Of a DNA stretch of 64,000 nucleotides, positions 51,188 to 63,269 are shown piece by piece. Location of the stretch: contig BDGG01000007.1 in assembly GCA_001949185.1 (NCBI GenBank), forward strand, positions 2,252,730 through 2,316,729. Reading direction: 5' to 3'. The translations under genes were made by a program, and so were the position numbers. Below the pieces are notes generated by a model that searched no databases, had not been told where the DNA came from, and saw only the letters and a list, made by a program, of their open reading frames with translations. This stretch comes from Ramazzottius varieornatus (taxonomy: Eukaryota > Animalia > Tardigrada). Numbering within the stretch: position 1 is the stretch's first letter; each line of letters starts with the position of its first letter.

Positions 51188-54071
51188 CTAATAAACTTGA
51201 GGAGTGTTGGAGCTTGACGCTTGTTTGTCCGTACTACCACTAGCTATCAATTTTAAAGATTTCTCTTGTAGGTCAGCCAGTTGCGCTACGTTCCTGGGTT
51301 GGCTGTTGACGAGGAGTTTGGATAAAGAGAGGTTCTTTGGCTTGGAGCCTTGATTGCGGCCGTCGTTGGCGGGCGCAGCGGCATTGTCTATGGACTGGCT
51401 CTTTGAAGCAGCTTGGTCATTGGCGGACTGAGAAGACTGACGTCCCTGAGTTTGATCATCGGCGCTACTGTCTTGGCTTTGGACCTCCTGCTCTACTTGC
51501 TGAGCAGGTATAAGTCGCACAGGTCCTCCCACGCTAGACGACACCGACGCACCGGCGTTAACTTTCACCCCCCGACCGGAAGCTTGAGCACCACGTGCAG
51601 CAAAAGCCGACTGTAAAATATAAAAAGTAATAATCAGACAGTGTTACGGTGAAAAATGGCACGTCCACAAAGAACAGGACAAGATGGCTATGCCAAGCGG
51701 CGGACGTTTGGCTGTTATTGGCCGTAAGGCTCATGTCTGGAATTTTGTGGGTAATTTGACCTGTTGGCCGTCAAGCGCTGCCAGCTGGATGCCTTGCTGG
51801 GCTTGCTGGTCGCTGCCTTCTCCAGAACCGGAAGATGCAACCGAAGCGGACTGAGTCTCTTTTGCCTGCTGACTGTCGTTGGCGCTGAAGGAATCCTGTG
51901 ACTGATCCTGGTCGGCGGGAGCGGCGATCTGTGTAACGTTGCTGCCAGAAGGGAAGGTGGAGTTGCTGGCTAGATTGACGGTAGTACTGGCTTCCTGGGA
52001 GTTGGGCTTGTCCTGGTCTTGTTGAGCGGACTGCGGCGGGGCAACTTGTTTGGTGGGTGCGTTGAGGGGCAGGCGACGGGCCACGATGGAGGCGGAAGGA
52101 CGGTCGGAGGATGAGGGGAGGGAGGAGCTGCGCCCCTTGATGGGGCTGGAGGCAGCGCTCATCAGGCTTTGAGGCAATTGGGCCGAGGAGGAGCCGGGAA
52201 CGGTCCGGCCGGAACTAGAGATGACGGAGGTGATGTTGCTCTGACTGTCGCCTGCAATATCACGACTGCTATTATAACGCCTTCTCCTGCAAACGTCCTC
52301 CATCTGCCTATCTGTAACGACTTGTACAAAAACTGTTGCAGCCTTGACAGGTACACGCTACACCTTCTCCAGTGAGCTCGGTGTCAATAGTTATGACAAA
52401 CCTGCTGCTGTCAGTCTGGTGACAATTCCGAGACGGACTTTTGAGCATGTTGTTTTTTGACTAATTCTAGTTAGTGATTACGTCAACATGACTGTGTCCT
52501 TGGGCCTTGGCTCACCAAGAGTCTTACAGGACTGATTTCCGGCAGACGCTTGTTTGTGTCATTTACCTCGACGACATCGCTGTCGTTGCAACAAGCCGCC
52601 AAAGTTATCACAACGTTCTCCGGCACAGCAATCGGCATCGGTGGAGCACAGCTGAGCTGTTGCGCATTTGGCTGCTGAAAGGGCAACAAAAGGCGCTGTA
52701 AAATGGTATGGACAAACAATGACAGAAAGTGAATCAGCAGGCTGGCGGTTTGGTACCTTGGCCGTTGGAGGAGGGCGAGGAAGGGACGCACTTGTTGAGG
52801 AGTCGGGAGCAGGAGAAGCCCTTGACGGTACAGTGGGCATCAGTCTGACAAGCAGTGGGGACAAAAGATCCGCTCATTTGGGCAAAGACCTTGAGCATAT
52901 CGGGCTGGATCAAGCCGACACGGCTGCTGAATGGACTGTCCGCTTGGTCGTCGTCATCGTCCTCGGCCTCGGCACCGACCATGGAAGACGCAGTGGCAAG
53001 CTGGGCCGAGCGTGAAGCAACCAAGGCGGCACCTTGGCTTTGCACAGTGGCTGGCCCAGGCTGGCCTGCTGCTGGCACCATGTTGGACTTGTGGGTGGGA
53101 GAAGGCTGAGGAGTTGGAGCTGGCGCAGGAAGAAATGGGGCCGCTCTGCCCTTGCCGGACTGGTCAGACTGTGGGCTGGAGGGGCCCTTCTGCGATAGGG
53201 TAGGTCTCATCTTCTGCGCCGCTCCTTGCTGATCTGCCAGGAGAGCCTGACCCTCTTCCTTGTCCAGCTCATGCTGCTGCCTTTCTTCAGCGCTACCATC
53301 ACTGCTCTTCTCTGCCTGCTCCTCCTTCTCCTCCTCATCTTTCTCCATGTTTCCATCAGCGCCTTGTTGCCTTCCTTGTTGGAGGCTTTCTATCTTGTCA
53401 GAGTGGGATGAAGACGGTATGTGGTCAGCGTTAGCGCTGGAGAGCGCAGATGGAGGAGGTGGGCGGGCCGTGGGCGATGGTGGCGGCGCTGGAGGAGCCT
53501 CAGTGCGGTAGGCATTCTGCGTATCGGCAGCGGCAACCTTGTCGTAGCCTGCTGCCGCCTTGGGCGGAGACTGTGTCGACAGAGAGGATGGAGGTGGTCC
53601 TTGCTGCTCTTCTTCCTCCTGTCGCTCTTGTGACGACTGCAACTGCTGACTGCCAGCCATAGCATTTCCTCCACTCATTTGTTGTCGCCAGGATTTGGCG
53701 GATTTGCTGCCATGTGAACCGTCGCCGCTCTGGATCCTGATGGAACATGAAAGTTCATGTTACAGCCAACTCAAACCTCATCCCTCATCTACTATACACT
53801 GAAGCCAACATTCTTACTGGACTTTGCTTTGGATAGAGTCAAATAAGGCATCGAAGAGCCCACGCCCATCTTCATCTTGACCTGAAAATAAATCAGTCGC
53901 TCCACAGCACAGTCTGCACCACTATATGCTGCTTACAACTGAGTGACGGCAAAACCCACAGCAGCCAAGTAGGTAATAAAATGACGTACCGTGCGCATGT
54001 CCACAATGGATCGTTTGGCATATTCCCAGGACGCCGAGTAATATTACCAGCCATTTGCATACCGCCATCAT
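51188..54071 (-). CDS. Secreted low-complexity (Q/S/A/P/E) protein with central Cys modules including a knottin-like motif
   Basis: Six exons join in frame with GT-AG sites; signal MMAVCKWLVILLGVLGICQTIHC; CQTDAHC..C..C and C-x5-C-x5-CC-x4-C-x11-C modules. Confidence 0.7.
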
Positions 54072-54594
54072 CGGGGTTGCGCGACGGTTTCCGGGTCTAA
54101 TTGCGGCTTGCTAAACAGTAACGTTCTCAAGACAGTCTCTTTATGCGATGGAAGGTTGCAGCGCCCGGCACTGCACTGAATAAAAAGAAAGAAGGAATAC
54201 AGTAGCTGCTGGAGTTTCGACCATTGCTTATGAAGTTACCGCAGGTCGCTGCAAGGCACAAGTACTTACGTGACGACCATATTTGCCGCTATAAATGGCT
54301 AATATCGTCACAGCGGCGCGTGTCAGCATCAATGCCAAGCAGGCTGATGGTAGTTTTGTAACCGATATGGCAAGCGGAAACACAAGAAAGAAAAGAACGT
54401 GGGTTATGACTTGCCGAAGTTACTTGGAAGCAAAGCTCTCAAATACAATGGCTGCCATTTTTTCTCTTTTCTCCTATGCTAAAATCAACAGTCAATCAAC
54501 CTCGCTTACAGCTGGATAGAAACGTTGGGCTCTGATTTATGGAGGAACGGCGCTACGTTTGGCGGTAGGTATTAATACTATAGCAGAGTAAAAA

Positions 54595-54665
54595 TGCGTT
54601 GGCCGGGAATCGAACCCGGGTCGCCCGCGTGGCAGGCGAGCATTCTACCACTGAACCACCAACGC
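54595..54665 (-). tRNA. tRNA-Gly (GCC)
   Basis: GCGTTGG acceptor stem, anticodon loop CTGCCAC, GGTTCGATTCC T-arm, 71 nt, followed by a T5 Pol III terminator. Confidence 0.97.
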
Positions 54666-55446
54666 TTCGACCACATCACACATTGTTAACTCCATCCCAC
54701 TATATCGATCACATCTGTAGAAGATATCATGATGAAACGCCGATCATTTTGGAAAACCCGAAATTTAAGTGGTGGCTGTCTTGGCCTTGACATCACATTA
54801 CCGCAGGGGATTTTCAACCGGTACCGTTATTTGCAAAATATTTGTTTTTCCTCCATCGTTATTGTTGCGTGGAATAACTGACTGTGGCAGAAGAACGAAA
54901 GGCAGGTGGAAGTCTTTCTCTTGTCTTGTGGTAAATGATTTACGAGAGCGGTAATATATCGAGCCGTTTCCTGGCTGGCTGCTGGAGGGGACGGGTGTTA
55001 CGGCAGCAGGCTGAGGTAACTTCAGCCGCAACCAAGAGCAAAACTTGAGACACTGAAGCAAGAGTATTGTTTGAGACATAGTTTTAGGTAGGTCTGACCG
55101 ATTCATTTTAGATGAAGGAGTTTGGAATAAACTTTCTCTCCCCATGCATTCTTAAGCCTTAACTATGATGTTAAGTCTTAGTTTAATTGCTGTGGTCATA
55201 ATCACTTTGGGTCAGGCTTGGCTCTTGAGAGGTCGTCTACATCGGCCAATAGCATATTGACAGCACTCGTACTCTTCGGAGGTTGTCTGGCTACATTTTG
55301 CAGCTGCTTCAGCAAAGTGGAAAGAATAAGCCACAAAACTCTTACACGCATACCATTCTGGCCTCTGTTTCTGTCGTCATCTTCAGGCCTGGCCGTCTTG
55401 TCGAAAGAACGATGTAATATTCCACACTGTGGCATTCTGCAGCACG

Positions 55447-58400
55447 ATGGAATTCTGCGTAGCTTCGGAAGCGCGAGCAATCTTCATCGGCCTATTCTTG
55501 GTGGGATTTTACGCCAATGCGGCAAAGACAACGTCTTCTCCATCGGGCAAAAGATGCAGTTCTCTAAAATCTTTGGTGGGTGAGCATGAGAGCAGTAACC
55601 TGTTGAAAGAATTTGCGGTTGCACGAGATACGCCCATTGCTTCACTGGAGGCTAAAGATGCCTTTGATGGGCTGCAGCCCGACGAAAAATGGTAATTATA
55701 AGCAGTAGAGAACGTTCCTTTGGGTAGATTAAGCAGTAATTTGGCTTAGAGCGGAATGCGAAGTATCCTGGATGTTTGTTGTTGCAGTTTTGTGTACCAT
55801 ATGTCAGAAGCGGCGCAGCTGGGTGGCGTCATTGATTATTTTCAAACATCGGCTGAAAGCCCCTTCATTTACCTGCTTCTGCAGAAAGTCTTTGGCCTGT
55901 CCCAAGTGGCAGACTTGCAGTCTTTAGCCAGTACGACCTGCCAATTTTCCAAAGAAGACTGGCAGGCCTTTCTGCAGTACGCCGCCGTCTTCTACAGCAA
56001 CTTGGGCAACTACTTCAGTTACGGCCTGAAGAAATTCATCCCCAACCTGCCCCAGTCCAAATTTGCTTGCTTAATTCAGGCGGTAGGGAAACGCGAAGTG
56101 GCAGCTGGAAAAGACAATGTTACCATCAGCCAAGCCAGAAGTAATATTCTGTCGCTGTGGAACATGAGCGGAGACCTGATATACAACCTCAGCCAGAGAT
56201 ACCGAAGGAACGGCCTGGCGCCATCTGCTGTCACCACTTACTTCTCTGCCAACTGTGACGAGAAAGACGCGGCCCTCGTCCAGGAGTACCTCATCAGTAA
56301 AAAGACCGAGGCATGGAACTCGAGGGTATTCAAAACGGACACTGGGCAAAATGGTAGCCTCTGCTTCGAAATAAGAATTGCCAGTATAGAGACGAAGAAT
56401 GAAGGGCCGTTGGATAGTATCGAGCTGGGCAAGGTCGAAAGCTTCAAAGGCAGCCACTTTGTCTTCAAGCGAGGGGACTTTTCACATTTCCTCAAGCGAT
56501 CGGCCAAGGAAATGCGGGCTGCTTCCAGATGCTTCGCCGACCCCAACAAGGCTGAAAAGGTAGCTTCATTTGACAGCTTCCATTCCAATAATCTTGCATG
56601 CAAGCGAACATCGTAACAGCATCAACAGATTTCGCCTCACCGTAGTCCCTATGAGCTGTTGTCTTCTTTTCAACGGCAAATTGCGAAGAGAAGGGTGAGT
56701 GAAGTCGGTCGAATAATGCGTTTCGTTTGCAGGCTATTCTTGATTATACCATTCAGAGTTTCCAAACGGGATCGCTGGATGCCCACAAGAATGCATCGCG
56801 ACTTTGGGTCAGGAACAAGAATCCTGTTATTGAAACCTACTTTGGTTTCATTGAAACATATCAGTAAGACAAGTTCTGGGCTAAAGTTTATTCTGTAAAG
56901 GAGTGCGACCAGGATAGTAGCTGACCTTGGCATCTTCCTCCCTGCAGAGATCCAAACGGTATGCGGGCCTCATTCGAAGGCTTTGTTGCCGTGGTGGACA
57001 AGGAGAAGACGGCACGCTTAACTCGCCTTGTGTCACAAGCTGAAGATTTCCTCCCCCTACTTCCATGGCCGCCATCCTTCGAGAAGGACAAGTTCACCAA
57101 GCCAGACTTTACCGACTTGACGGTCATCTCCTTTGTTAATGGCGGAGTTCCGTCGGGTAAGCACAAATATAAGTATAACTCTCTTCCACCGATCGCCCTA
57201 CACTGTTATCAATGTGACATATCCATCAATAGTTGTCGACAATATATGTAGCTTGTTTTACAATAATTGTAGGTATAAATCTGCCAAACTATAATCAGAT
57301 TCGACAGAATGAAGGTAAGAAGACATTAAAATCCATGGTGATGCGCAGCAGTGTCTGTTTTGGCACGTAGTGCTAACGTTGAGGCGGTAGGTTTCAAAAA
57401 CGTCAACTTGGGTAACGTTATCGCCGCTACACTGTCGGCTCGTCCCTTACAGTACCTGACTAAAGTTGAGGAGGACCTTCTCAACGCCAATAAATTCCTG
57501 GTCTTTGACATCATCGTCGGCCTCCACGAACTGCTGGGTCACGGTAGCGGCAAACAGTTCAATCAGTTTGCCAACGGCTCCTTGGACTTTGACGCTGCCT
57601 CCCTCGGCTCGGCATCCGTCGGCTCTTATGGCCCGGTAAAGGACTGGTACATGCCAGGCCAGACCTACGAATCCACCTTCGGCAAGCTGGCTTCATCCTT
57701 CGAAGAATGTCGGGCAGAGACGGTGGCCACCTACCTTAGCCTCTTCCCCCAAGTCTTGGCAGTGTGGGGTATCAACAGCACAAGGTATGCCACCACAGGA
57801 GATCTTTCTCAGCAACCTCATGTCATGTATCTGCCCAAACTTTGGAGCTTTTCAGCGCAGCCGATGTGGCCTATTATTTATGGCTGATGGAAATAAGCGA
57901 GGCGCTACAGGGCTTGGCCCAATACGACCTGAAAACAACCAGCTGGGGTGAGGCCCACGTCCCGGGACAGTTTGCCATTTTGAGGGTCATGATAGAAGCC
58001 GGAGTAGCCAAGGTCAGAATTGTCAATGGATCGGACGGCAAAGCCGACTTGCTGGCCACGCTGGACAAGAGTCTGATGTTTACCAAAGGCAAGGAAGCCA
58101 TGGCCAACTTCCTCTTGGGCTTACAGGTATAGTCCTATCACCACCTTCTTCACAAGAATCTGACTTTTGCCTTTAGCTTTTTCTTGATGGACTGTTGTCG
58201 CTAGTTTTACAAAAGCACGGGCAACCAAAAGGCGGCACAGGACTTCTTTGATAAGTATACAAGTTTGGCCGGTGCCGGACATGAAGAACACCTACAATGG
58301 CGACAAATTGCTGTCGACAGAAAGAAACCACGCTCCTTGTAAGCACTTGACCAAAGGAAAATCTCACATGCTGTACATGTCTGGTCCCAACTGTTGCTGA

Positions 58401-58645
58401 CATTGAACAGGCTTCTTTATTACAGGCTCGTGCAACCGAACATATTTCCAAGCAGCCAGCCAAGTGCCGTATCGGCAAGGTCGGTCTCCGTCAAAGAAAA
58501 GCTTCAAACCTCCTACACTCTAAAAGTATACCCTGCCAGCGCAGAAGGAATGATCCAGTCTTATCAGGACTGTTGCAACGATTTGGTCTATGAGGAAGAC
58601 ATTTTTACTACAGCACTGCGAGATCTCCCTCACTTTCTGATCTGA
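55447..58645 (+). CDS. DPP3: Dipeptidyl peptidase III (M49) with predicted N-terminal signal peptide
   Basis: [23 protein letters not shown]|[56 protein letters not shown]; start [25 protein letters not shown]. Confidence 0.92.
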
Positions 58646-58859
58646 CTTCTGTCAAGTGCCAGACATACTGTCTGTAGGCCCACGAAGAGAAAGTCTGGAC
58701 CAGTAACTCTTCATAGTGCACAAAACAAGACGACGGTTTAAGTGAAGTTTCCTGACGGACACTCTGGTCTCAGCTGCACGCTCAACTTAAGCAGAAAACA
58801 TGGCCAATAGGCTAAGATCAAAAGAGACAAGAGCTTCCAGCTGGAAATGCACATGTTCC

Positions 58860-60855
58860 TTATAGGGTACTCTTGACGGTGGCGCTTTGAGAGTTGCAGT
58901 TGGAAGAAGAGATGGAGTAAGCCCGCATCCTTGTTGTCAACCTGAACAGTAATGTTTTATTATAGAAGCAACAAGGAACTTTCCTACTGTGTCTTGATTT
59001 CCTTGGATCAACAAACCTCATTTTTCCTGGCTGGAAAGCCGAGTTACAGTCAATGCTCTCTCCCCAGTCGGCCGCACGGACATCGCTGGCGATATTGGAG
59101 GCCGAGATGGTGAAGGGGCATTCGAAATGGTTGATCTCACTCTCGCCCACAGGATCCACATCGACCACCAGCACTCTTAGGTTTACATACTGGAAAAGAA
59201 ACAACATGGAAGACTTAGGTCAACTTCATTCTTAGCTTCAGACTTTATGCAGGTAAAAGCCGCATGTCATACCTTCAAGCCGACCCCACAGGAGTCACGG
59301 CTAATGGACCTCATGACGCTGACGGTATCAACGTTGTCGACAGCTAGCATTACCGGCCATCTGGCCAGCGGTGTTGCTCCGGGCCATTTAATGTTGGCAC
59401 TCTCCCTACAAAACAAACAGAAAGAAGAACAAGTTACAGTAGCTTGACATTATGTAAGTTGTCGCTGTGGAAAAACAAAATCGTTAAGGTAGGAAGGACT
59501 CACGTGTCAAGGAAGGTGTAGAACTTGGTGTCGCAGGCACTGAGTACATCACACTTGGCGCCATTGGCCGACACCCCACCCTTGTTTTCAAAGCGAGAAA
59601 CTTCCACCTCCACCCTAAAGTTCTCTGGAAGGCGGCTTGAGAAGGCCGACGAAGCAGATCCGCCCAATCGCGACGACGAGGACGAGTCGATATCTCGATC
59701 ACGGTTTCGGCTGACCGACAGCGAATCTCGGTCGCGGTCGCGGTTGGAAGCAGCCGACCCGGAGGAGAAAGAATCGCTGGTCCCGAAATTATTGTCGCGA
59801 TCTCGGTTGCGATCGCGGTCAGACGATGGAGAAGCTGCGAAGGAGTCGCGATCCGAATCGCGTCTGTTACTGCTCTCAACGATATGTACTTCCTCGACGG
59901 GGCGCCGGGTGGCGCCACTTGGACTAGCTTGATCAATCAATCTATCACGGTCCGATGTACGGTCTGAACTATCGACAAAGCGGTCTCGATCTCGTCCGGA
60001 TGAGTCAACCAAGCGGTCACTATCTCGGTCACGGTTCAAGCCAGCGCTGCCACCTCTCCAAGCGGAAATGGAGCCCGTCTCTTCCACAGGTCTGTCGGTG
60101 ATTCCACTCAGGCTGTCTCGATCCATATCTCGATCGCGGTCTCCATTTGAGACCAACTGGCTGTCGCGGTCCGACCAGGAGGAAGGAAGGGTAGTGCGGC
60201 GACGAGCAGCGACCAGCTCCCAGTCACGATCACGATGGCGGTCGCGGTCGCTGTCGGTGGGAGGAGGCGTAGGACGCATGAACGTCGGGTCTCGATCAGA
60301 AGTGGTGTCGCGCTCCGAGCTGGAGCCGGCAGAGACGCGTCGGCTGCCGGTGATGGGCAAACGATCCGAGTCGTCAATGTTACGCTCTCGATCTCGGCTG
60401 TTGATGCTGGCGCTACCACTGATAGTGCCTCCATTGGTGAAACTTGCCTCGTTCCTGTCCGAGTCGGATATACGACGGTCACTGCCAGAGCTGGCCGACA
60501 CCGGCGACAATCCCGAGCCTGCTAGGAGGATCGACAGTAGCGAATCACCTAGTCCATTGTTTTGCCGCACTGGTTCACGAATCTGAGCATTGCATAATAC
60601 CTGCATAAGAAAGCAACTCTGGCTGATACGACAAAAATGCTGACGCGGCTTCAGTTATACCGCCCCCCCCTCAACCTGCCCCATAACTATACGGTATAGT
60701 ACCGTCCTTTGGCCAGCTAGGAATAATATATCGTGGCAAAGTTAGCGAAATGAACATGATGCTAAGCTTGTCTGAAGAATGCAGCTTAAGTCCAAACTTC
60801 CTACCAAGAGGATTGCAGTGAGTAATACTGCTCGGAAAGTTGAAGGACTCGCCAT
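58860..60855 (-). CDS. AMNP: AMNP-family (tardigrade Mn-dependent peroxidase-like) secreted protein: signal peptide, long RD/S-rich disordered region, C2-like domain
   Basis: Five exons; signal MASPSTFRAVLLTAILL|VLCNA; domain FRVEVEVSRFENKGG..KCDVLSACD..LRVLVVDVDP..FECPF with six Cys. The Asp spacing matches my recollection of the g12777 metal site. Confidence 0.72.
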
Positions 60856-60980
60856 GATTTTTCCCCAGATATGAATAATGATAAAGTCCAAGAAACGGAT
60901 GAGAAAAGGAGACGGGCTTGCTTCAAAAATATGCCAAAGATTTATACTTATTCTAGTGGCTAAAGGAGTCACACCGCTGA

Positions 60981-60986
60981 TTTATA
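60981..60986 (-). promoter_or_regulatory. TATA box of the AMNP-like gene
   Basis: TATAAA on the minus strand ~130 bp upstream of ATG 60855. Confidence 0.4.
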
Positions 60987-61529
60987 CCAATTCGATCTCT
61001 TTCTACATAGCCAACTTGTCCACAACAAAGAAAAATTTGTAACCATGTGGCCGACAAAGTGACGGTTTTGTTTTGAGTAGCTGGAAAAAATCTCGTTTGA
61101 TCAGCTCTTTCTGTGTTTTGATAAAAAAGTTACGGCCTGAGCAATGCTTTAGGCGCGGCGACTTCTCGACAGTCTAACATTGTTTGCACGGAAAAAAGTC
61201 AACTGCGTGAGTCACGAAGAAAATTCCGATGGGTACACATGGCAGACGGAAGCAGCCGTTTTCTGAGCTTTCGTTGATTTGTTTTTGTCCCTCCCTCCCA
61301 AGGAAGCATCGTTAAATTTCCTGCATGACCTTATTTAGCGCCCTGCATTTTCCCAATCCCCGATTCCCCATTTTAGACCATAACGGAGGCTCCACCGGGC
61401 CTCCTCAGCGACGTCTACGGCCCAAACCACTTTTTCTCATATAATGCTTGCGTTGTACAGCCAGCCGTTTGTTTTCCTTTTCATGAAGCTAAATTACCGC
61501 GTTATATGGAAGCTCGGATAAACAGCTTT

Positions 61530-61612
61530 GCAAGATTACCTTTCTGAGCGGCGCACGTCTTCGGTGTAATTGACTGACAACGCGCGCCACTTGGAAGAAC
61601 GATCTGGTCGAG
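61530..61612. repeat. Palindromic module, intergenic
   Basis: gagcggcgcac-N25-gcgcgccacttggaagaacgatctggtcgag. Confidence 0.8.
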
Positions 61613-61700
61613 TTTGTTTGTCGACGTTCAGCTACAAGGGAATAGTAGGCGATTCTACAAACCCAACGTCGTTATTGTGTTCACGAGCTTCGCATCAACA

Positions 61701-62702
61701 CTAGAAAGATAACATCGATTCTGACCGAACAGGCTCATAGAACTCGAAGTTTTCACCCTGCATAGTCTTCGTCGGGATCGGCCCTATCGTATCACTGACC
61801 CGCCGATCTGTAAACCACCAAAATAGTGGAACCTCAACCAGACTTTTGCAACCGTGACCTTCCAGACCAAAGTTCTGGCCCACATCCCAGCAAGTGGAGA
61901 ACGTTGAGATTGCGTTCGACGTCGAGGAACTCGTTAAACTCCGCGACGAAGTTGGACAGGATAACGTTCGTTGTGTGGTCGTGAAGCTTAATGAGCTCGA
62001 GGACTGGTCGGTCCAGTTTGGACTTCCACTTGAAGGACTGCATGATGCAGGGGAAATCATCAATATCACCCCAATAAGCAGTCACTGGACGGCATAGATG
62101 CTTTCTCTGCAGATCGATGAAGACCGTTGTGGGGCGAGGCGTATCTGACTTGCCGAGAAGCTGACTTTGCTCTTCAGGCTGCGGTGCTTGGGGGGTCTGG
62201 CGGCCGAAGCTCGTCCAAAAATGAAGTGGGACTTCTCAGCGATAGCGCTGTCAAACGCGATCCTTGGTCCAGCAGCAAGGTGTTGAATCCCGAAGCCACC
62301 CTGTAGCAAAACAACCACAGTGCTTTGGAATTCTTTCCTACATGATTATCTTTGAGAAAAGGGACCCAGATCGCTGTCACAATTAGCTTACACCGAAGTT
62401 GCGCGCCACTTCGGAAAAGATCTGGCTAATCTCGTTTGCCCACGTCCCATTTCTGTGTTTCTTCTGTCAAGAGCTACATACCGGCGATACTTGAAACGTT
62501 GGAGAGTGTAGAAATGTTTGAAGAACTCGTGAACCAGGTCAAAATGCAGATCGTTCCGGCCGATGACGGTCTGGCCATCGTTTCGCGCCTCGCTTCCGGT
62601 AGCGGATGCTGCTTGGTTCTCTGTCGCATTGGCTTCGGTCCGTTCATGACTGCCCATTGGCTGATTTGGCTCGGTTCCTGCAACAGAAGAACCCGCCATC
62701 AA
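61701..62702 (-). pseudogene. Possible frameshifted gene remnant of unknown family
   Basis: Protein-like ORF pieces in alternating frames (62388-62702, 62082-62318, 61834-62085, 61701-61870); no recognised motif. Confidence 0.25.
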
Positions 62703-62902
62703 TCGGCTCCCAGAGATTTAGGCGAAACGTGTTTGCAAAAGTGTCGCATTGAGGAATAAGGATCGAAAACAGCTTGGTCGAGGCCCCGAGAGTGAAAACA
62801 GTGGGGAAACGCGCAAAAACTGACCAGATGTTCCGACTTGCGAGTAGTGTAGATGACCGGATGTAGCTTGACGTAGCTCAGCTCGACTCGACTAGCCGCG
62901 AA

Positions 62903-63065
62903 TAAGGTTGTGCATTCCAGTTCCACTCCTTTCCATATTCCGTTCTTTTCCAGGAATTCCTCTCCGTTCCAAGGGGTGAGAATCTGGAACGGTGGAATTC
63001 CTGTTTTGGAAACAGACAAAATCTGGAAAAATAGAGTAATTCCATGAGGAATTCCTCTATTTTTA
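62903..63065 (+). mobile_element. Left end of a second copy of the 39636 hAT family
   Basis: taaggttgtg..ttccactcctttccatattccgtt..ccgttccaagggg..tggaacggtggaattcct aligns with 39636-39785; right TIR not in window. Confidence 0.75.
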
Positions 63066-63269
63066 GGTTTTGCGGATGATTGACGGATCACTTAATCGAA
63101 GGTCCCTCGAACCCATAAAAATGGTAGGTTTTATGGGATCCACGGTCGGATTTTTCGACGTGGCTGTGAATTCTGACGGTTAGCAAAAAACACTTTGGGC
63201 TGAAAAGGCATGGTACAAGCATTACTAGGCTAAAAATTGCAGATCTTGATGTTTTCCGATTTTCTTTGC

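Noticed and set aside
59905-59925. GCGCCACTTGG arm-like match in the AMNP-like exon
   Set aside because: Single half-site in coding sequence with no partner arm at 25 nt.
59525-60586. RS-rich plus-strand ORFs resembling SR proteins
   Set aside because: Antisense shadow of the RD-repeat exon on the minus strand; no RRM or supporting gene structure.
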